In this document: one piece after another, positions 37,101-47,469 of the stretch
Numbering within the stretch: the first letter of the stretch is position 1
Layout: each line of letters opens with the position of its first letter
Made by a program: the position numbers and the translations under genes
From: a candidate division WOR-3 bacterium
GTDB taxonomy: Bacteria > Hydrothermota > Tepidihabitantia > Tepidihabitantales > Tepidihabitantaceae
Assembly: GCA_965648905.1 (NCBI GenBank)
Contig: CBFGIT010000010.1
Coordinates: forward strand, 1 to 64,000
DNA length: 64,000 nt
Reading direction: 5' to 3'
The notes under the pieces: model-generated
Database searches by the model: none
Told to the model about the DNA's origin: nothing
What the model saw: the letters and a program-made list of their open reading frames with translations, nothing else

Positions 37101-38073
37101 CGAGTTCCTGCGCTCGGACAGTTTCTCGAGCGTGGTGAACTTCGAGCAGCTCGTTTCCAACCCGAAGCTGCAGATGGAGCTGCGGGGCGCGACCAAGGAG
37201 TACGATGAAGCGCTCACTCAGGCGGACAAGGAGCGACGGCTTGAGATCGAGCGGGTCTCGCGCGGCGATGAGTTGCCGCACGGCGTGCTCAAGTGGATAA
37301 CGGTCTTCATCGCCCAGAAGCGCAGGTTGTCAGTTGGAGACAAGATGGCCGGGCGTCACGGCAATAAGGGCGTTGTCTCTAAGGTGTTGCCGGTCGAGGA
37401 CATGCCCTACGTTTCCGTCCGGGCCGACCAGGAGGATGCGCCGGAGACGATTCGCGGGATGCGCGGAGTCACGGTTGACATGGTGCTCAACCCTCTGGGC
37501 GTGCCGTCACGCATGAACCTCGGGCAAGTGCTTGAGACTCATCTCGGCTGGGCCGCCAAGGTGCTGGGCTACCAGGCTATCTGTCCGGTTTTCCAGAGCG
37601 CAACGCCGGAGGAGATCAAGGATGAGTTGAAACGGGCCGGTCTGCCCGAGAGCGGTAAGATCGTCCTGCACGACGGCCGCACCGGGCAGCCCTTTGACGG
37701 CAAAGTCACGGTGGGCATGATGTACATGGTCAAGCTGATTCACATGGTTGACGACAAAATCCATGCCCGTTCCACTGGCCGCTACTCGCTTATCACTCAG
37801 CAGCCGCTGGGGGGGAAGGCGCAGTTCGGCGGCCAGCGGTTCGGCGAAATGGAGGTCTGGGCACTTGAGGCCTACGGTGCGGCCCATGCCCTGCAGGAGA
37901 TGTTGACCATCAAGTCGGACGACGTCGAGGGCCGCAGCGCGCTTTACGAGTCGTTGATTCGCGGCAAGAACCCACCCAGGCCCAAGGCTCCGGCCTCCTT
38001 CTCGGTGCTCGTGAAGGAACTGCAGGGGCTGGGGCTGGAGTTGATACCGGAGCGTGGGGAGGTGACAGCATGA
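34117..38073 (+). CDS. rpoB: DNA-directed RNA polymerase subunit beta
   Basis: 1318 aa, canonical rpoB motifs throughout; TGA stop overlapping rpoC start. Confidence 0.98.
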   Translation: MQQKNFARSGTHLEIPNLLSLQLDSFAEFVQLGVDPAKREPKGLEGVLRETFPLEDVHKNFRLEYVGYTFGEPKYTTEEAMAKGVNYSMPLKVVFRLIKKEFGDGAERVKDILEQEVFFCELPWMTVNGTFIINGVERVVVSQLHRSPGVYFSREENEFSALLVPLRGAWFELVVDKHNSMVVLLDRKRRISAATFLRAMNFSHEDVVRKLLPVERRKLELGQMLAQELAGEGGEVYARTGDFVTEGLLDLLTAKGITEADVVVGNPPGMDIVANTLRADRTGSKEEALKRIYYRLRSIAPHSLEVAEQMILGMLFDRKRFDLGAVGRYKLNQRLLTKVPLTETGLLEADVRAIISHLLLFAGDGRLYLLRVPATTAEERDAVLAELKKADLMPESLHWYERRALLEMTFYDEERGRQAEKSLKESGRKPVGETTRYQADDVDHLSSRRVKRVGELLENQFRAALLQLSQNIRERAAFIDDTQLVPQELVNTRVVANAIMQFFTQSQLCQFMEQTNPLTELTHKRRVSTLGPGGLTKETAGFEVRDVHYSHYGRICPIETPEGPNIGLISTVSTYARVDQYGFLTTPYWRVKDGKVLTGKGREVYINPDEEDRYAIAQATSELTSDGRFARDEVICRRGGDVVTLAPAEVDFMDVSPKQIFAPSTVMVPFLEHDDADRALMGANMQRQAVPLLLPERPLVATGVEAKFAAESGAILLSPEDGVVTKVDARAVVVRSSNGLTEYKLRKYKKSNQYTCLSQRPMVRAGDTVKKGDLLADGPATHEGQLALGRNVLVAFLPWRGYNYEDAIIVSEELIKDDGFTSIQILEFEIQARETKLGSEEITRDIPGATEEELRNLDEFGVIRLGAEVGPGDILVGRITPKGETEFTPEERLLRAIFGEKAANVRDTSLRVEPGVFGVIVDRRILSRKLTDAMNRRLEKERVAEANHRYDLKKEFFQMRRDERVRAVLRGQKAAANAKDSRGRVLHKAGQPMTDEFLRSDSFSSVVNFEQLVSNPKLQMELRGATKEYDEALTQADKERRLEIERVSRGDELPHGVLKWITVFIAQKRRLSVGDKMAGRHGNKGVVSKVLPVEDMPYVSVRADQEDAPETIRGMRGVTVDMVLNPLGVPSRMNLGQVLETHLGWAAKVLGYQAICPVFQSATPEEIKDELKRAGLPESGKIVLHDGRTGQPFDGKVTVGMMYMVKLIHMVDDKIHARSTGRYSLITQQPLGGKAQFGGQRFGEMEVWALEAYGAAHALQEMLTIKSDDVEGRSALYESLIRGKNPPRPKAPASFSVLVKELQGLGLELIPERGEVTA

Positions 38074-41000
38074 TATCGGACCGTGATTTCTTTGACTTTG
38101 ATTCCTTGCGACTGAGGATTGCTTCGCCAGAGGCGATTCGCAGTTGGTCGTCGGGCGAGGTCATCAAGCCCGAGACGATCAACTACCGCACCCAGAAGCC
38201 GGAGCGCGACGGGCTGTTCTGCGAACGTGTGTTCGGACCGGTGAAGGACTTCGAGTGCAACTGCGGCAAGTACAAGAAGGTCCGCTACAAGGGCATTACC
38301 TGCGACCGGTGCGGCGTTGAGGTGACCAGTTCGTCGGTACGACGGTACCGGATGGGGCACGTCGAGCTGGTCGTCCCGGTGGCGCACACGCTCTTCTATC
38401 AGGTGCCGCCGTCCAAGGTCGGCATGATGCTGGCTCTGTCCATCAATCAGGTGGAGACGATCCTCAACTATGAGGCCTACGTGGTCATGGAGCCGGCCTC
38501 ATCCCCTTACAAGAAGATGGAGCTGATTTCCGAGGAGGAGCATCGAAAGTACGCCGGTCACATGGAAGGGTTTGAAGACGGCACCGGGGCCCCGGCGCTG
38601 AAAACCTTGCTCTCCCGGCTCGACCTAGACGACCTTGCGGCCGAGCTGCGGGCGCGGATTAAGCACGAGACTTCACGACGGTTTCAGCTCCTGCGGCGTC
38701 TGCGGGTGGTTGAGGCTTTCCGAACGTCGGGTGCGCGGCCGGAATGGATGATTCTTGATGTGCTGCCGGTCATCCCTCCGGACTTGCGGCCGCTCGTGCC
38801 GCTTGAGGGCGGTCGGTATGCGACTTCGGACTTGAACGACCTGTACAAGCGCGTGATCGTCCGGAACAACCGGCTCAAGCACCTGATGTCAATCAGGACG
38901 CCGGACATTATTCTCAAGAACGAGAAGCGCATGCTCCAGGATGCGGTTGATACGCTTTTCTCAAACGAAACCCGGCCGCGCCCGGTGCGAGGCCGGGGTA
39001 ACCGGCCGCTGAAGTCCCTGTGCGAGGCGCTGCGCGGCAAGCAGGGCAGGTTTCGACGCAACCTGCTGGGCAAGCGGGTCGACTACTCGGGTCGGTCGGT
39101 CATCGTCGTCGATCCGGCGCTGAAGCTCCATCAATGCAGCCTGCCCAAGGAGATGGCGCTGGAGTTGTTCAAGCCGATGATCCTGCGCCGACTGGAAGAG
39201 CGGCGACTGGCCGAGAGCGAGCGTGGGGCCAAGAGCATGTACCGGCGCGAGACGCCTGAGGTCTGGGAGGTTCTCGAGGAGGTGACGCACGACCACCCGG
39301 TGCTGCTTAACCGCGCCCCGACGTTGCACCGTGTCTCGGTCGAGGCGTTTTTCCCGATTCTGGCCGAACACCGGGCAATCGGCATTCACCCGCTGGTCTG
39401 CCCGCCGTTCAACGCCGACTTCGACGGCGATACGATGTCGGTGCACGTGCCGCTGACACCGGAGGCAATCCTTGAGTCCTCGGTGCTGATGCTGTCGTCC
39501 CACAACGTCCTGTCGCCGGCGCACGGGCGGCCACTGATGACTCCTTCCCAGGATATCGTCGCCGGGGTCTACTACATCACCAAGGCGCGGTTGACCAAGA
39601 CCGACCCGGTCGGCTACTTCGACGACTTTGCCACGGTCCACTCGGCCTACGAACTGGGTGAGTTGGGAATCCACGACCGGGTGACCTTCCGGTACGAGGG
39701 CAAGCAGTTCGATACGACCGTCGGTCGCGTGCTGTTCAATGAGGTTCTGCCAGTCCAGCTCCGATTCGTGAATGAGAATCTCCCGAAAGACAAGCTCGTG
39801 GCGCTGGTCGACTACTGCAGCCGAACCATGGGTGTCGAGGCGACGGCCAAGTTTCTTGATGATGTCAAGGACTTGGGATTCGAGATGGCGACGCGTTCGG
39901 GGTTGTCGATTGGTATTGACGACGTGCTGGTGCCGAAGGAGAAGTACGAGATTCTTGATCGGAGCGAGCGAGAGTTGCGCAAGGTGCACAAGGCCTATCA
40001 GCGGGGTCTGATGACCGATTCCGAGAAGTACAACCTTGTCGTCAATACCTGGACGTTGGCAACGGCCGAGGTCGAGGAGGCGTTGATGAAGCGTCTGAGC
40101 ACGGACCAGGACGGCTTCAACCCGGTCTTCATGCTGATTGACTCGTCGGCCCGCGGCTCGCGGACCCAGGCGGCGCAGATCGGCGGCATGCGCGGTCTGA
40201 TGGCCAAGCCCCAGCGTCGGTCCGTGGGCGAAGAGGTCATCGAGACGCCGATCAAGAGTTCATTCCGTGAGGGTCTCTCGGTCTGGGAGTATTTCATTTC
40301 AACCCACGGTGCGCGCAAGGGACTGACCGATACCGCGCTCAAGACCGCCGAGGCTGGATACCTGACGAGGCGGCTGGTAGACGTTGCCCAGGACGTCGTC
40401 ATCACGGTCGAGGACTGCGGGACGATTCTCGGTCAGGAGGTGACCGCCCTGCGCGAGGGTGCGGATATCGTCGAACCGCTGTCGGAGAGAATCGCCGGTC
40501 GGTTTGCCCTCGACGACATCGTCAATCCGGTCTCCAATGAGGTGATCGTTCACGCGGGCGAGGAAATCACCGACCAGGCAGCCGAGGAGATTGAGGACTA
40601 TGGCGTTGAGTCGGTGAGGGTGCGTTCGGTGCTGACCTGCGAGGCCCAGAGCGGCCTCTGTGTCAAGTGCTACGGCCGGAACATGGCGACCGGTCGGATT
40701 GTCGAAATCGGTGAGGCGGTTGGCATCGTCGGTGCTCAGTCAATCGGTGAGCCGGGAACGCAGTTGACCTTGAAGACGTTTCACATCGGTGGTGTCGCGT
40801 CGCGCGTCGCGGAACAGACCAAGGCAACCGCCCGTTTCCACGCCAAGGTCAAGTACGATGGCCTAGTCACGGTTCAGCGTACCGATGGCGAAGTCGTGGC
40901 ACCCGACTCGGGCCGGATGGTACTGGTGGCACCGGACCGGGCCGTGCCATTCAACGTTCCGGCCGGGGCGGTGGTTCGTGTCGCCGATGGTCAGGAAGTG

Positions 41001-42080
41001 AAGGAAGGCGACGTGCTCTTCGAGTGGGAGCCGTACTCAATCCCGATTCTCGCGCGAGCCAAGGGACAGGTTGTGTTCCACGACATTGAGGTCGGCGTGA
41101 CGGTGCGCGAGGACATCGACGAGCGAACCGAGCGCATGCAGCGCATTATCACCGAGGACCGGGAGAAGAAGCGTCATGCCCGGGTCACGGTGGTCAACGC
41201 TAAGGGCAAGGTGCTCGAAACACACGCCCTGCCGGCCGGTGCCTATCTCGTGGTCGAGGACAAGCAGGAAGTGTTGCCCGGCGACATGCTCGCCCGGCTG
41301 ATGCGGGAGATGGGCCGTACCAAGGACATCACCGGCGGTCTGCCCAAGGTCGCCGAGCTGTTCGAGGCCAAGCGGGTCAAGGACCCGGCGGTCATCTCGG
41401 AAATCGACGGGACGATTGTCGTCGGCGAACCCAAAGAGGGTGTGCGTGAGGTCAAGGTTGTCTCTGAGGGCGGTACCGAGAAGACATACGACATTCCCTA
41501 CGGCAAGTACCTGCTGGTTCAAACCGGAGACCGGGTGCACGCCGGTGACAAGCTGTGCGAGGGTTCGGTCGACCCGCACGACGTGCTGCGCGTGCGGGGC
41601 TGGCTGGCGGTTCAGGAGTTTCTGACCAACCAGATCCAGTCGGTCTACCGGCTGCAGAAGGTGAAGATCAACGACAAGCATATCTCGGTTATCGTGCGTC
41701 AGATGCTTCGCAAGGTCAAGATCGAGGACGCCGGTGACTCGAACTTCATCGAAGGCGAAATCGTCGAACGACGGCGGCTCTATGAGGAGAATGAGAAGTT
41801 GGTCCAGGAGAACATGCGGCCGGCAAGCTTCCAGCCGATTCTGCTGGGGATAACAAGGGCCGCACTCCTGACTGAGAGCTTCCTGTCCGCGGCGTCGTTC
41901 CAGGAGACTACACGGGTGCTTTCGGAGGCTTCGATTCAGGGACGTCAGGATCGTCTAAAAGGGCTGAAAGAGAACGTTATCGTGGGCCGGCTTGTGCCGG
42001 CCGGCACCGGCTTTCGGGAATTCAGTCGGATAAAACTCGTTGCGCCTGAGGCGCAGACCAAGACAGAGGAGGCAGTCTAG
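38070..42080 (+). CDS. rpoC: DNA-directed RNA polymerase subunit beta prime
   Basis: 1336 aa; zinc-binding [23 protein letters not shown], catalytic NADFDGD. Confidence 0.98.
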   Translation: MISDRDFFDFDSLRLRIASPEAIRSWSSGEVIKPETINYRTQKPERDGLFCERVFGPVKDFECNCGKYKKVRYKGITCDRCGVEVTSSSVRRYRMGHVELVVPVAHTLFYQVPPSKVGMMLALSINQVETILNYEAYVVMEPASSPYKKMELISEEEHRKYAGHMEGFEDGTGAPALKTLLSRLDLDDLAAELRARIKHETSRRFQLLRRLRVVEAFRTSGARPEWMILDVLPVIPPDLRPLVPLEGGRYATSDLNDLYKRVIVRNNRLKHLMSIRTPDIILKNEKRMLQDAVDTLFSNETRPRPVRGRGNRPLKSLCEALRGKQGRFRRNLLGKRVDYSGRSVIVVDPALKLHQCSLPKEMALELFKPMILRRLEERRLAESERGAKSMYRRETPEVWEVLEEVTHDHPVLLNRAPTLHRVSVEAFFPILAEHRAIGIHPLVCPPFNADFDGDTMSVHVPLTPEAILESSVLMLSSHNVLSPAHGRPLMTPSQDIVAGVYYITKARLTKTDPVGYFDDFATVHSAYELGELGIHDRVTFRYEGKQFDTTVGRVLFNEVLPVQLRFVNENLPKDKLVALVDYCSRTMGVEATAKFLDDVKDLGFEMATRSGLSIGIDDVLVPKEKYEILDRSERELRKVHKAYQRGLMTDSEKYNLVVNTWTLATAEVEEALMKRLSTDQDGFNPVFMLIDSSARGSRTQAAQIGGMRGLMAKPQRRSVGEEVIETPIKSSFREGLSVWEYFISTHGARKGLTDTALKTAEAGYLTRRLVDVAQDVVITVEDCGTILGQEVTALREGADIVEPLSERIAGRFALDDIVNPVSNEVIVHAGEEITDQAAEEIEDYGVESVRVRSVLTCEAQSGLCVKCYGRNMATGRIVEIGEAVGIVGAQSIGEPGTQLTLKTFHIGGVASRVAEQTKATARFHAKVKYDGLVTVQRTDGEVVAPDSGRMVLVAPDRAVPFNVPAGAVVRVADGQEVKEGDVLFEWEPYSIPILARAKGQVVFHDIEVGVTVREDIDERTERMQRIITEDREKKRHARVTVVNAKGKVLETHALPAGAYLVVEDKQEVLPGDMLARLMREMGRTKDITGGLPKVAELFEAKRVKDPAVISEIDGTIVVGEPKEGVREVKVVSEGGTEKTYDIPYGKYLLVQTGDRVHAGDKLCEGSVDPHDVLRVRGWLAVQEFLTNQIQSVYRLQKVKINDKHISVIVRQMLRKVKIEDAGDSNFIEGEIVERRRLYEENEKLVQENMRPASFQPILLGITRAALLTESFLSAASFQETTRVLSEASIQGRQDRLKGLKENVIVGRLVPAGTGFREFSRIKLVAPEAQTKTEEAV

Positions 42081-42081
42081 T

Positions 42082-42465
42082 ATGCCGACAATCAATCAAC
42101 TTGTTCGCAAAAGACGACTGGTCATTCATTCTCGGTCCAAGACGCCGGCGCTAAAGGGTAACCCTCAGAAACGCGGTGTCTGCACGCGCGTCTACACCAC
42201 TACGCCCAAGAAGCCGAACTCGGCACTGCGCAAGGTATGCAAGGTGCGGCTCTCGCACGGCCAGGAGATTACCGCCTACATCCCGGGTGAAGGCCACAAC
42301 TTGCAGGAACACTCGATCGTACTTGTGCGCGGCGGCCGCGTCAAGGACCTGCCGGGCGTACGCTATCATGTCGTGCGGGGCGTGCTCGATACGTCCGGGG
42401 TTGATGGCCGCAAGCAGGCCCGCAGCCAGTACGGCGTGAAACGGCCCAAAGCGTCGGCCGGGTAA
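42082..42465 (+). CDS. rpsL: 30S ribosomal protein S12
   Basis: [10 protein letters not shown]... canonical S12; ORF track has upstream in-frame extension from 42040 that is unlikely. Confidence 0.93.
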   Translation: MPTINQLVRKRRLVIHSRSKTPALKGNPQKRGVCTRVYTTTPKKPNSALRKVCKVRLSHGQEITAYIPGEGHNLQEHSIVLVRGGRVKDLPGVRYHVVRGVLDTSGVDGRKQARSQYGVKRPKASAG

Positions 42466-42473
42466 GGAGCGAC

Positions 42474-42944
42474 ATGTCGAGACGACGAAAACCAGCATTG
42501 CGCACGCCGGTCGCAGATCCGCGCTACAACTCCCAGTTCGTGACCAAGTTCATCAACACTCTGATGTGGCAGGGTAAGAAGACCACGGCCCAGCGAATAT
42601 TCTACGGGGCACTGGACTTAGTTCAGGAGAAGACAAGAGAAGACGGCTACGTGCTGTTTCAGAAGGCGATCAACAACATCAAGCCGGTACTTGAGGTCAG
42701 GCCGCGTCGGGTTGGCGGGGCAACCTATCAGATACCGATGGAGGTCCGACCTAAGCGGCGCGACCAGCTCGCCATCAAGTGGACGATTACTGCGGCCCGG
42801 GCGCGTAACGAACACACGATGATTGAGAGACTCGCCGCGGAACTGATTGATGCGAGTCGCAACCAAGGTGCCGCGGTCAAGAAGAAGGAAGACACGCACA
42901 AGATGGCCGAGGCCAACCGGGCCTTCGCTCACTATCGCTGGTAA
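42474..42944 (+). CDS. rpsG: 30S ribosomal protein S7
   Basis: [28 protein letters not shown]... canonical S7. Confidence 0.95.
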   Translation: MSRRRKPALRTPVADPRYNSQFVTKFINTLMWQGKKTTAQRIFYGALDLVQEKTREDGYVLFQKAINNIKPVLEVRPRRVGGATYQIPMEVRPKRRDQLAIKWTITAARARNEHTMIERLAAELIDASRNQGAAVKKKEDTHKMAEANRAFAHYRW

Positions 42945-42988
42945 CGGCCGCTGGCCGATTCTCTAGAGCTCGGACGCCGACCCATCTG

Positions 42989-43016
42989 CTGACCGCGGGT
43001 TTCTCACCGCGGTCAG
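42989..43016 (+). terminator. Hairpin terminator downstream of rpsG (10-bp perfect stem, 8-nt loop)
   Basis: ctgaccgcgg-gtttctca-ccgcggtcag followed by ..tgtttgtgg. Confidence 0.6.
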
Positions 43017-43127
43017 CGCCTGTTTGTGGATGCAGGCTCATATGTGTTCGCATGTGCTGTTGCGCACGCTGGCGTGTTTGGGTTTCCGCCTGGTTTGCTC
43101 CTGTGTGGTTCGGTTGCGGTGACAGAC

Positions 43128-43156
43128 GCGGGCCGCACTGTGACAGTGCGGCCCGC
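43128..43156 (-). terminator. 13-bp perfect-stem hairpin immediately downstream of hcp (no clear U-tract)
   Basis: gcgggccgcactg-tga-cagtgcggcccgc. Confidence 0.45.
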
Positions 43157-43172
43157 AGGAGGCAGATGAGAA

Positions 43173-44825
43173 CTAGCCGAGAATGGACTTCAGGTCCTGT
43201 GTGGCAGTCGTTATTGGCATGATATTGAACTTGTCCACAAGAATCCGGACAAGGTTCGGTGTAAGGAAGGCGGGAAGAGATGGACCAAGGCGGATGTTCC
43301 TGACGCCGAGGTGGAGCAGGGTGAGAAGCACGGCAACTGCTTTCTGCTCGTACCAGGACAGAATGAACGACAGCGGCAGAGTGTTGATGTCCGTGTTGAA
43401 CTCCCGGGCCAATGCCGAGGCAATCTGAATTGCTGAGTAAGAGTCGTTGCACTGGCCGACGTCGAGAAGACGCGGAATGCCCTCGATCTCGCCGAACTCG
43501 AGTCGGTTGAACTTGAACTTGCCGCAGGCAAGCGTGAGGATGAGGGCGTCGTTGGGTACCAGGCGGGCAAACTCGGTGTAGTAGTTCCGGTCCGGCTTGG
43601 AGCCGTCGCAGCCGCCAATCAAGAAGAAGCGCTTGATCTTGCCGGCTTTGACCAGCGCGATTAGCTTGTCGGCGACAGACAGGACCGCGTTGTGGCCGAA
43701 CCCGACCGTAATGTACTTCGTTTCACCATCGGCAGCGTAGCCAGGAGCCTCAAGCGCAGCTTTGATGACCGGCGAGAAGTTCTTATCCGGGCCGATGTGG
43801 GGCACACCGGGGAACGCCACGAGTCCGGTGGTGAAGATACGGTCTTTGTAAGACTCGCGCGGGCGCTGGATGCAGTTAGTTGTCATCAGGATTGCGCCGG
43901 GGAATTCGGGAAACTCCCGCTGCTGGTTCTGCCAGGCAGTGCCGAAATGGCCGGCAAGGTGTTTGTAGGCTTTGAGTTTGGGATAGCCATGGCAGGGCAG
44001 CATCTCACCGTGGGTGTAGATATTGATGCCTTTGCCCTCGGTCTGCTTGAGCAGCAGTTCAAGGTCCCGAAGGTCATGGCCGGATACGACAATCGCTTTG
44101 CCTTTGAGCGGAGTGATGCGCACGCGGGTCGGCGCCGGGTGGCCGTAGGTCGTGGTGTTGGCCTTGTCGAGCAGCTCCATCACGCCGAGGTTGAGCTTGC
44201 CCACCTCGAGCGCAGTGGCAAGCAGGGTGTCAGCGTCCTGCGTATCTTGAGCGAGCAGGTCAAGGATGCGGTGGAATTCGGCGTAGAGTGCGTCGTTGTC
44301 GTGCCCAAGCACGTGTGCGTGGTCAGCATAAGCAGCCGCACCCTTCAGTCCGAACAGCACGAGGTCGTGCAGGTCGGCAACGTCATCGCCCCAGTTCTCG
44401 TGTCGGGCAAGGATGCCCACCGGCCGTCCCTGTCCGACAAGGCCGCCAATGTCTGGGGCTGGTTGCCAGGTTGCAGGGCCGGAGAGTTGTTTGACCGGTT
44501 GGCCGGCGTGAGCTGCGGCCCGTTCATAGAGCTGCCGGGACCGGTTTTTCAGCTCGCCGGCTTTGAGCAAGAGAGCACTGAGTCGCTCCGGGTCGAAGTC
44601 AACGTTCGTGATGGTCGCGAACAGCGCCTCGACCGTGAAGGCGTTGACCTCAGGGTCGGTTGCGCCCAGCGTTCGGGCCCGGTGGGCGTATTGACTGATA
44701 CCTTTGGCAGCATAGAGCAGCAGGTCCTGAAGCACCGCAGTCGTTTCGTCCTTACCGCAGACACCCTGAACCGTGCAGCCGGTTCCTTTGTTGGTCTGTT
44801 CACACTGATAGCAGAACATGCTCAA
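43173..44825 (-). CDS. hcp: Hydroxylamine reductase / hybrid cluster protein
   Basis: N-terminal Cys cluster MFCYQCEQTNKGTGCTVQGVCGK and full-length HCP similarity. Confidence 0.9.
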   Translation of the reverse strand: MSMFCYQCEQTNKGTGCTVQGVCGKDETTAVLQDLLLYAAKGISQYAHRARTLGATDPEVNAFTVEALFATITNVDFDPERLSALLLKAGELKNRSRQLYERAAAHAGQPVKQLSGPATWQPAPDIGGLVGQGRPVGILARHENWGDDVADLHDLVLFGLKGAAAYADHAHVLGHDNDALYAEFHRILDLLAQDTQDADTLLATALEVGKLNLGVMELLDKANTTTYGHPAPTRVRITPLKGKAIVVSGHDLRDLELLLKQTEGKGINIYTHGEMLPCHGYPKLKAYKHLAGHFGTAWQNQQREFPEFPGAILMTTNCIQRPRESYKDRIFTTGLVAFPGVPHIGPDKNFSPVIKAALEAPGYAADGETKYITVGFGHNAVLSVADKLIALVKAGKIKRFFLIGGCDGSKPDRNYYTEFARLVPNDALILTLACGKFKFNRLEFGEIEGIPRLLDVGQCNDSYSAIQIASALAREFNTDINTLPLSFILSWYEQKAVAVLLTLLHLGVRNIRLGPSLPAFLTPNLVRILVDKFNIMPITTATQDLKSILG

Positions 44826-44828
44826 TGG

Positions 44829-45662
44829 TCAGCTCCTGTTCTTGGTTGTTCCGTCCAGGTCAATTGTGATCTGGGCAAAGGGAATGGTCTTGCCTGAGGC
44901 TTTGATTGCCGCGCGGACAAGCTGGACCAGGCCGAAACAGCAGGGCACGGTCATATGGGCGACTGTGACCGATTTCGGTGTGTTGGTCCGAAATATCTCG
45001 GTCAGTTTCTCCTGGTAGGCCAGGGCATCGTCGAGCTTCGGGCAGCCGATGAGCAACACCTTACCTTGAACCAGTTCACGGTGGAAGTTGGGGTGGGCTG
45101 AGCCCACGCAGTCGGCGGATATGAGCAGGTCAGCACCGGCAAGATACGGGGCTGAAGGCGGGATCAGGGTAATCTGAATCGGCCAGTTGCGCAATGCCGA
45201 GGCGGCTCGGGGAACCGGTGAGTCAGACGGCTCAGGAGAAACGGAAGGGGAGATGTGGCGAACCGCAGAGCCTGGGCAGCCGCAGGGCAGGCGCGACGAG
45301 GCGGCCAGCGGGACCGGGATGCTGTGTTTCTTCAGGTAGGCGACGGCCTGGTTGTAGTACTCGGTTGCGCCGTGTTCTTTCAGATGGGCGAGGTGCGCAG
45401 CAATCGTGTTGGTACCGGCCTTGACGATATTCTCCATGACCCGGGTTTCATCGTAAGGTTCGGCGGGCCGCTCCTCAACGGTCATCGCTCCTTCGGGACA
45501 ATGGCCGACGCAGGCTCCGAGACCGTCGCAGAACAGGTCGGATACTAGTCGGGCCTTGCCGTCAATGACCTGGAGCGCACCTTCGGGACAATTCGGGATG
45601 CATTGGCCACAGCCGGTGCATTTCCCTTCGTCTATCCTGATTATCTTCCTTCGTGTTGTCAT
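44829..45662 (-). CDS. 4Fe-4S dicluster ferredoxin-domain protein with C-terminal extension (hcp-associated)
   Basis: CTGCGQCIPNCP and CDGLGACVGHCP ferredoxin motifs at N-terminus. Confidence 0.7.
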   Translation of the reverse strand: MTTRRKIIRIDEGKCTGCGQCIPNCPEGALQVIDGKARLVSDLFCDGLGACVGHCPEGAMTVEERPAEPYDETRVMENIVKAGTNTIAAHLAHLKEHGATEYYNQAVAYLKKHSIPVPLAASSRLPCGCPGSAVRHISPSVSPEPSDSPVPRAASALRNWPIQITLIPPSAPYLAGADLLISADCVGSAHPNFHRELVQGKVLLIGCPKLDDALAYQEKLTEIFRTNTPKSVTVAHMTVPCCFGLVQLVRAAIKASGKTIPFAQITIDLDGTTKNRS

Positions 45663-45663
45663 G

Positions 45664-46098
45664 TCAGGCTCCTGGAGTTAGGGTAATGTCAGACACAGTT
45701 GTGCGACGGAGCTTGTCGGCCGCCTGCTGGGTCAGGTGATTGAAGAAACTGCCGAGCACGCAGCGCGTACCGTCACAGACCGGGATGGCGAACGGACAAC
45801 CGGTTGATCCGAGCCGACCTTCGAGCGCCTCGTATACTTCCAGCACACTGACTTGGTCTGGTGGCCGGGTAAGCTGGTACCCGCCGGCCGGGCCGCGTGT
45901 GCCGGAGACGATTCCTGCGTGTTCAAGCGAGACCAAGACCTTGGCCAGATGAGCGGCCGAGGCTCTGAGCTCCTGGGCGAGTTCGCGTACGGTCATTCGA
46001 TCAGAGCCGCCCCGGGCAAGGGCCGCTACGGCGTGAAGACCAAGACTCGCTGCCTCGGAGGCACGGAACAGCCGGGAAGGTTGGACGATATTACTCAT
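45664..46098 (-). CDS. Rrf2 family transcriptional regulator (NsrR/IscR-like)
   Basis: wHTH (MTVRELAQELRASAAHLAKVLVSLEHAGIVSGTRGPAGGYQL) and Cys-x6-Cys-x5-Cys cluster ligands (CPFAIPVCDGTRC). Confidence 0.8.
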   Translation of the reverse strand: MSNIVQPSRLFRASEAASLGLHAVAALARGGSDRMTVRELAQELRASAAHLAKVLVSLEHAGIVSGTRGPAGGYQLTRPPDQVSVLEVYEALEGRLGSTGCPFAIPVCDGTRCVLGSFFNHLTQQAADKLRRTTVSDITLTPGA

Positions 46099-46209
46099 TA
46101 CTGTACCAGATTACCAGATTTAGACTCTGAGTCAAGCGGAAGGATGCTTCTGTTGACAGCCGAGGTTTTTGTATCATCATCTCTTGGCGAACTAAGCCAA
46201 GGAGTGTTC

Positions 46210-47469
46210 ATGAGAACGTTGCTGTTTGTCTTGACCGCTGTCGGACTGTGCTTTGCCCAGCCGCGCTGGGTGCAGATGGACCCGGTGCCGCCGCTGCCGT
46301 CGGGCCGGGCAGTGAGCGATGGTGCCTGGCTCGAGCCGGTCATCCGGCCGAGCGGACTTGCCGTCTACGCGGCAAAGGGCAACCGGACCAGTGACTTCTA
46401 CGCTTATATGGTTGCCGATGACTCGTGGCGAACCATGCCGGGAGTGCCGCTTGGTACCGAGAACAAGACCGTGGACGAAGGTTCGAAAGGGGTCTCCGAC
46501 GGAGCCGACGCAATCTATGTAACCAAGGGCAACAACTCGTTCGGGTTCCACCGATTCAACGTGACGAGCGGGGAATGGGTGCAACTGCCTGATGTACCGT
46601 CGGGGCCGGACTCAAGCCGACTCCGAGGTGGAACCGATCTGGTGCACGTGGAGCGCGGTGGGTCAGGCTATGTCTATCTGCTGAAGGGGCAGTCAGGCGA
46701 GTTCTGTCGCTTCGACATTTCGGACCAGAGTTGGGCTTTCTTGCCGCACGCACCGGTCGGCAGTGAGCCGCTCTGGGGCTTCGGTTCCTGGCTGGCCTAC
46801 GATGGTGCCAGGTACATCCTTGCGCACAAGGCGCGGGCGAACGAGCTCTGGGTGTTTGACGTGACCGCCGACTCATGGCTTGCTTCGCCGAAGACCGGCA
46901 TGCCCTTCGTCGGCCGGGGCGGGCAGGCAATGCAGTCCGGACCTGGTGGCTGTGCTGAGTGGTTCGGGGGTAGCGTCTACGCGCTCAAAGGGAACGGCTC
47001 TCCTGAACTCTGGCGGTACTTTTCGTCCGGCGACAGTTGGCGCCAGTTGGAGGATATTCCGGTTGCCGTCGGTGGTGGTGGCGCGCTTGCGCTCGGCGAC
47101 TCGGGCCCGGGCGGTTCGAGATACTTCTACGCACTGGTCGGCAGCAGCCGGTACGATCTCTGGCGCTATCGTGCCGGCGGAGTTCCGGCAGTGGGGGAAA
47201 AAGGACTTGGTCGACTGGGCCGGGTATCGGTAGTGCCATCACCGCTCAGAGATGGTAGAGGCATGCTAAGATACAACCTGTCCGGCGCGGGCGTCGCGCG
47301 GCTGAGTCTCTGCGACCTCACTGGCAGACGGCGTTGGTATCACCGGGTGGTCTTGCCGGACAGCGGCCAGGTGCCGCTGTCACTGAGCGGGCTTGCTCCG
47401 GGCACTTACTTCCTGTTCGTTGAGACTGGTTCCTACAGCGGTGTGCTGCGGGTCGTGCTGGCGCGCTAG
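46210..47469 (+). CDS. Secreted beta-propeller (Kelch-like repeat) protein with T9SS C-terminal sorting domain
   Basis: Signal peptide MRTLLFVLTAVGLCFAQP; repeated W/GG-containing blades; C-terminal CTD (GTYFLFVETGSYSGVLRVVLAR); ORF-track N-terminal extension overlaps rrf2 and is rejected. Confidence 0.65.
   Translation: MRTLLFVLTAVGLCFAQPRWVQMDPVPPLPSGRAVSDGAWLEPVIRPSGLAVYAAKGNRTSDFYAYMVADDSWRTMPGVPLGTENKTVDEGSKGVSDGADAIYVTKGNNSFGFHRFNVTSGEWVQLPDVPSGPDSSRLRGGTDLVHVERGGSGYVYLLKGQSGEFCRFDISDQSWAFLPHAPVGSEPLWGFGSWLAYDGARYILAHKARANELWVFDVTADSWLASPKTGMPFVGRGGQAMQSGPGGCAEWFGGSVYALKGNGSPELWRYFSSGDSWRQLEDIPVAVGGGGALALGDSGPGGSRYFYALVGSSRYDLWRYRAGGVPAVGEKGLGRLGRVSVVPSPLRDGRGMLRYNLSGAGVARLSLCDLTGRRRWYHRVVLPDSGQVPLSLSGLAPGTYFLFVETGSYSGVLRVVLAR

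Noticed and set aside
45853-46209. N-terminal 119-aa extension of the Kelch-like cargo ORF
   Set aside because: It overlaps the Rrf2 regulator gene on the other strand and precedes an obvious signal peptide beginning at ATG 46210
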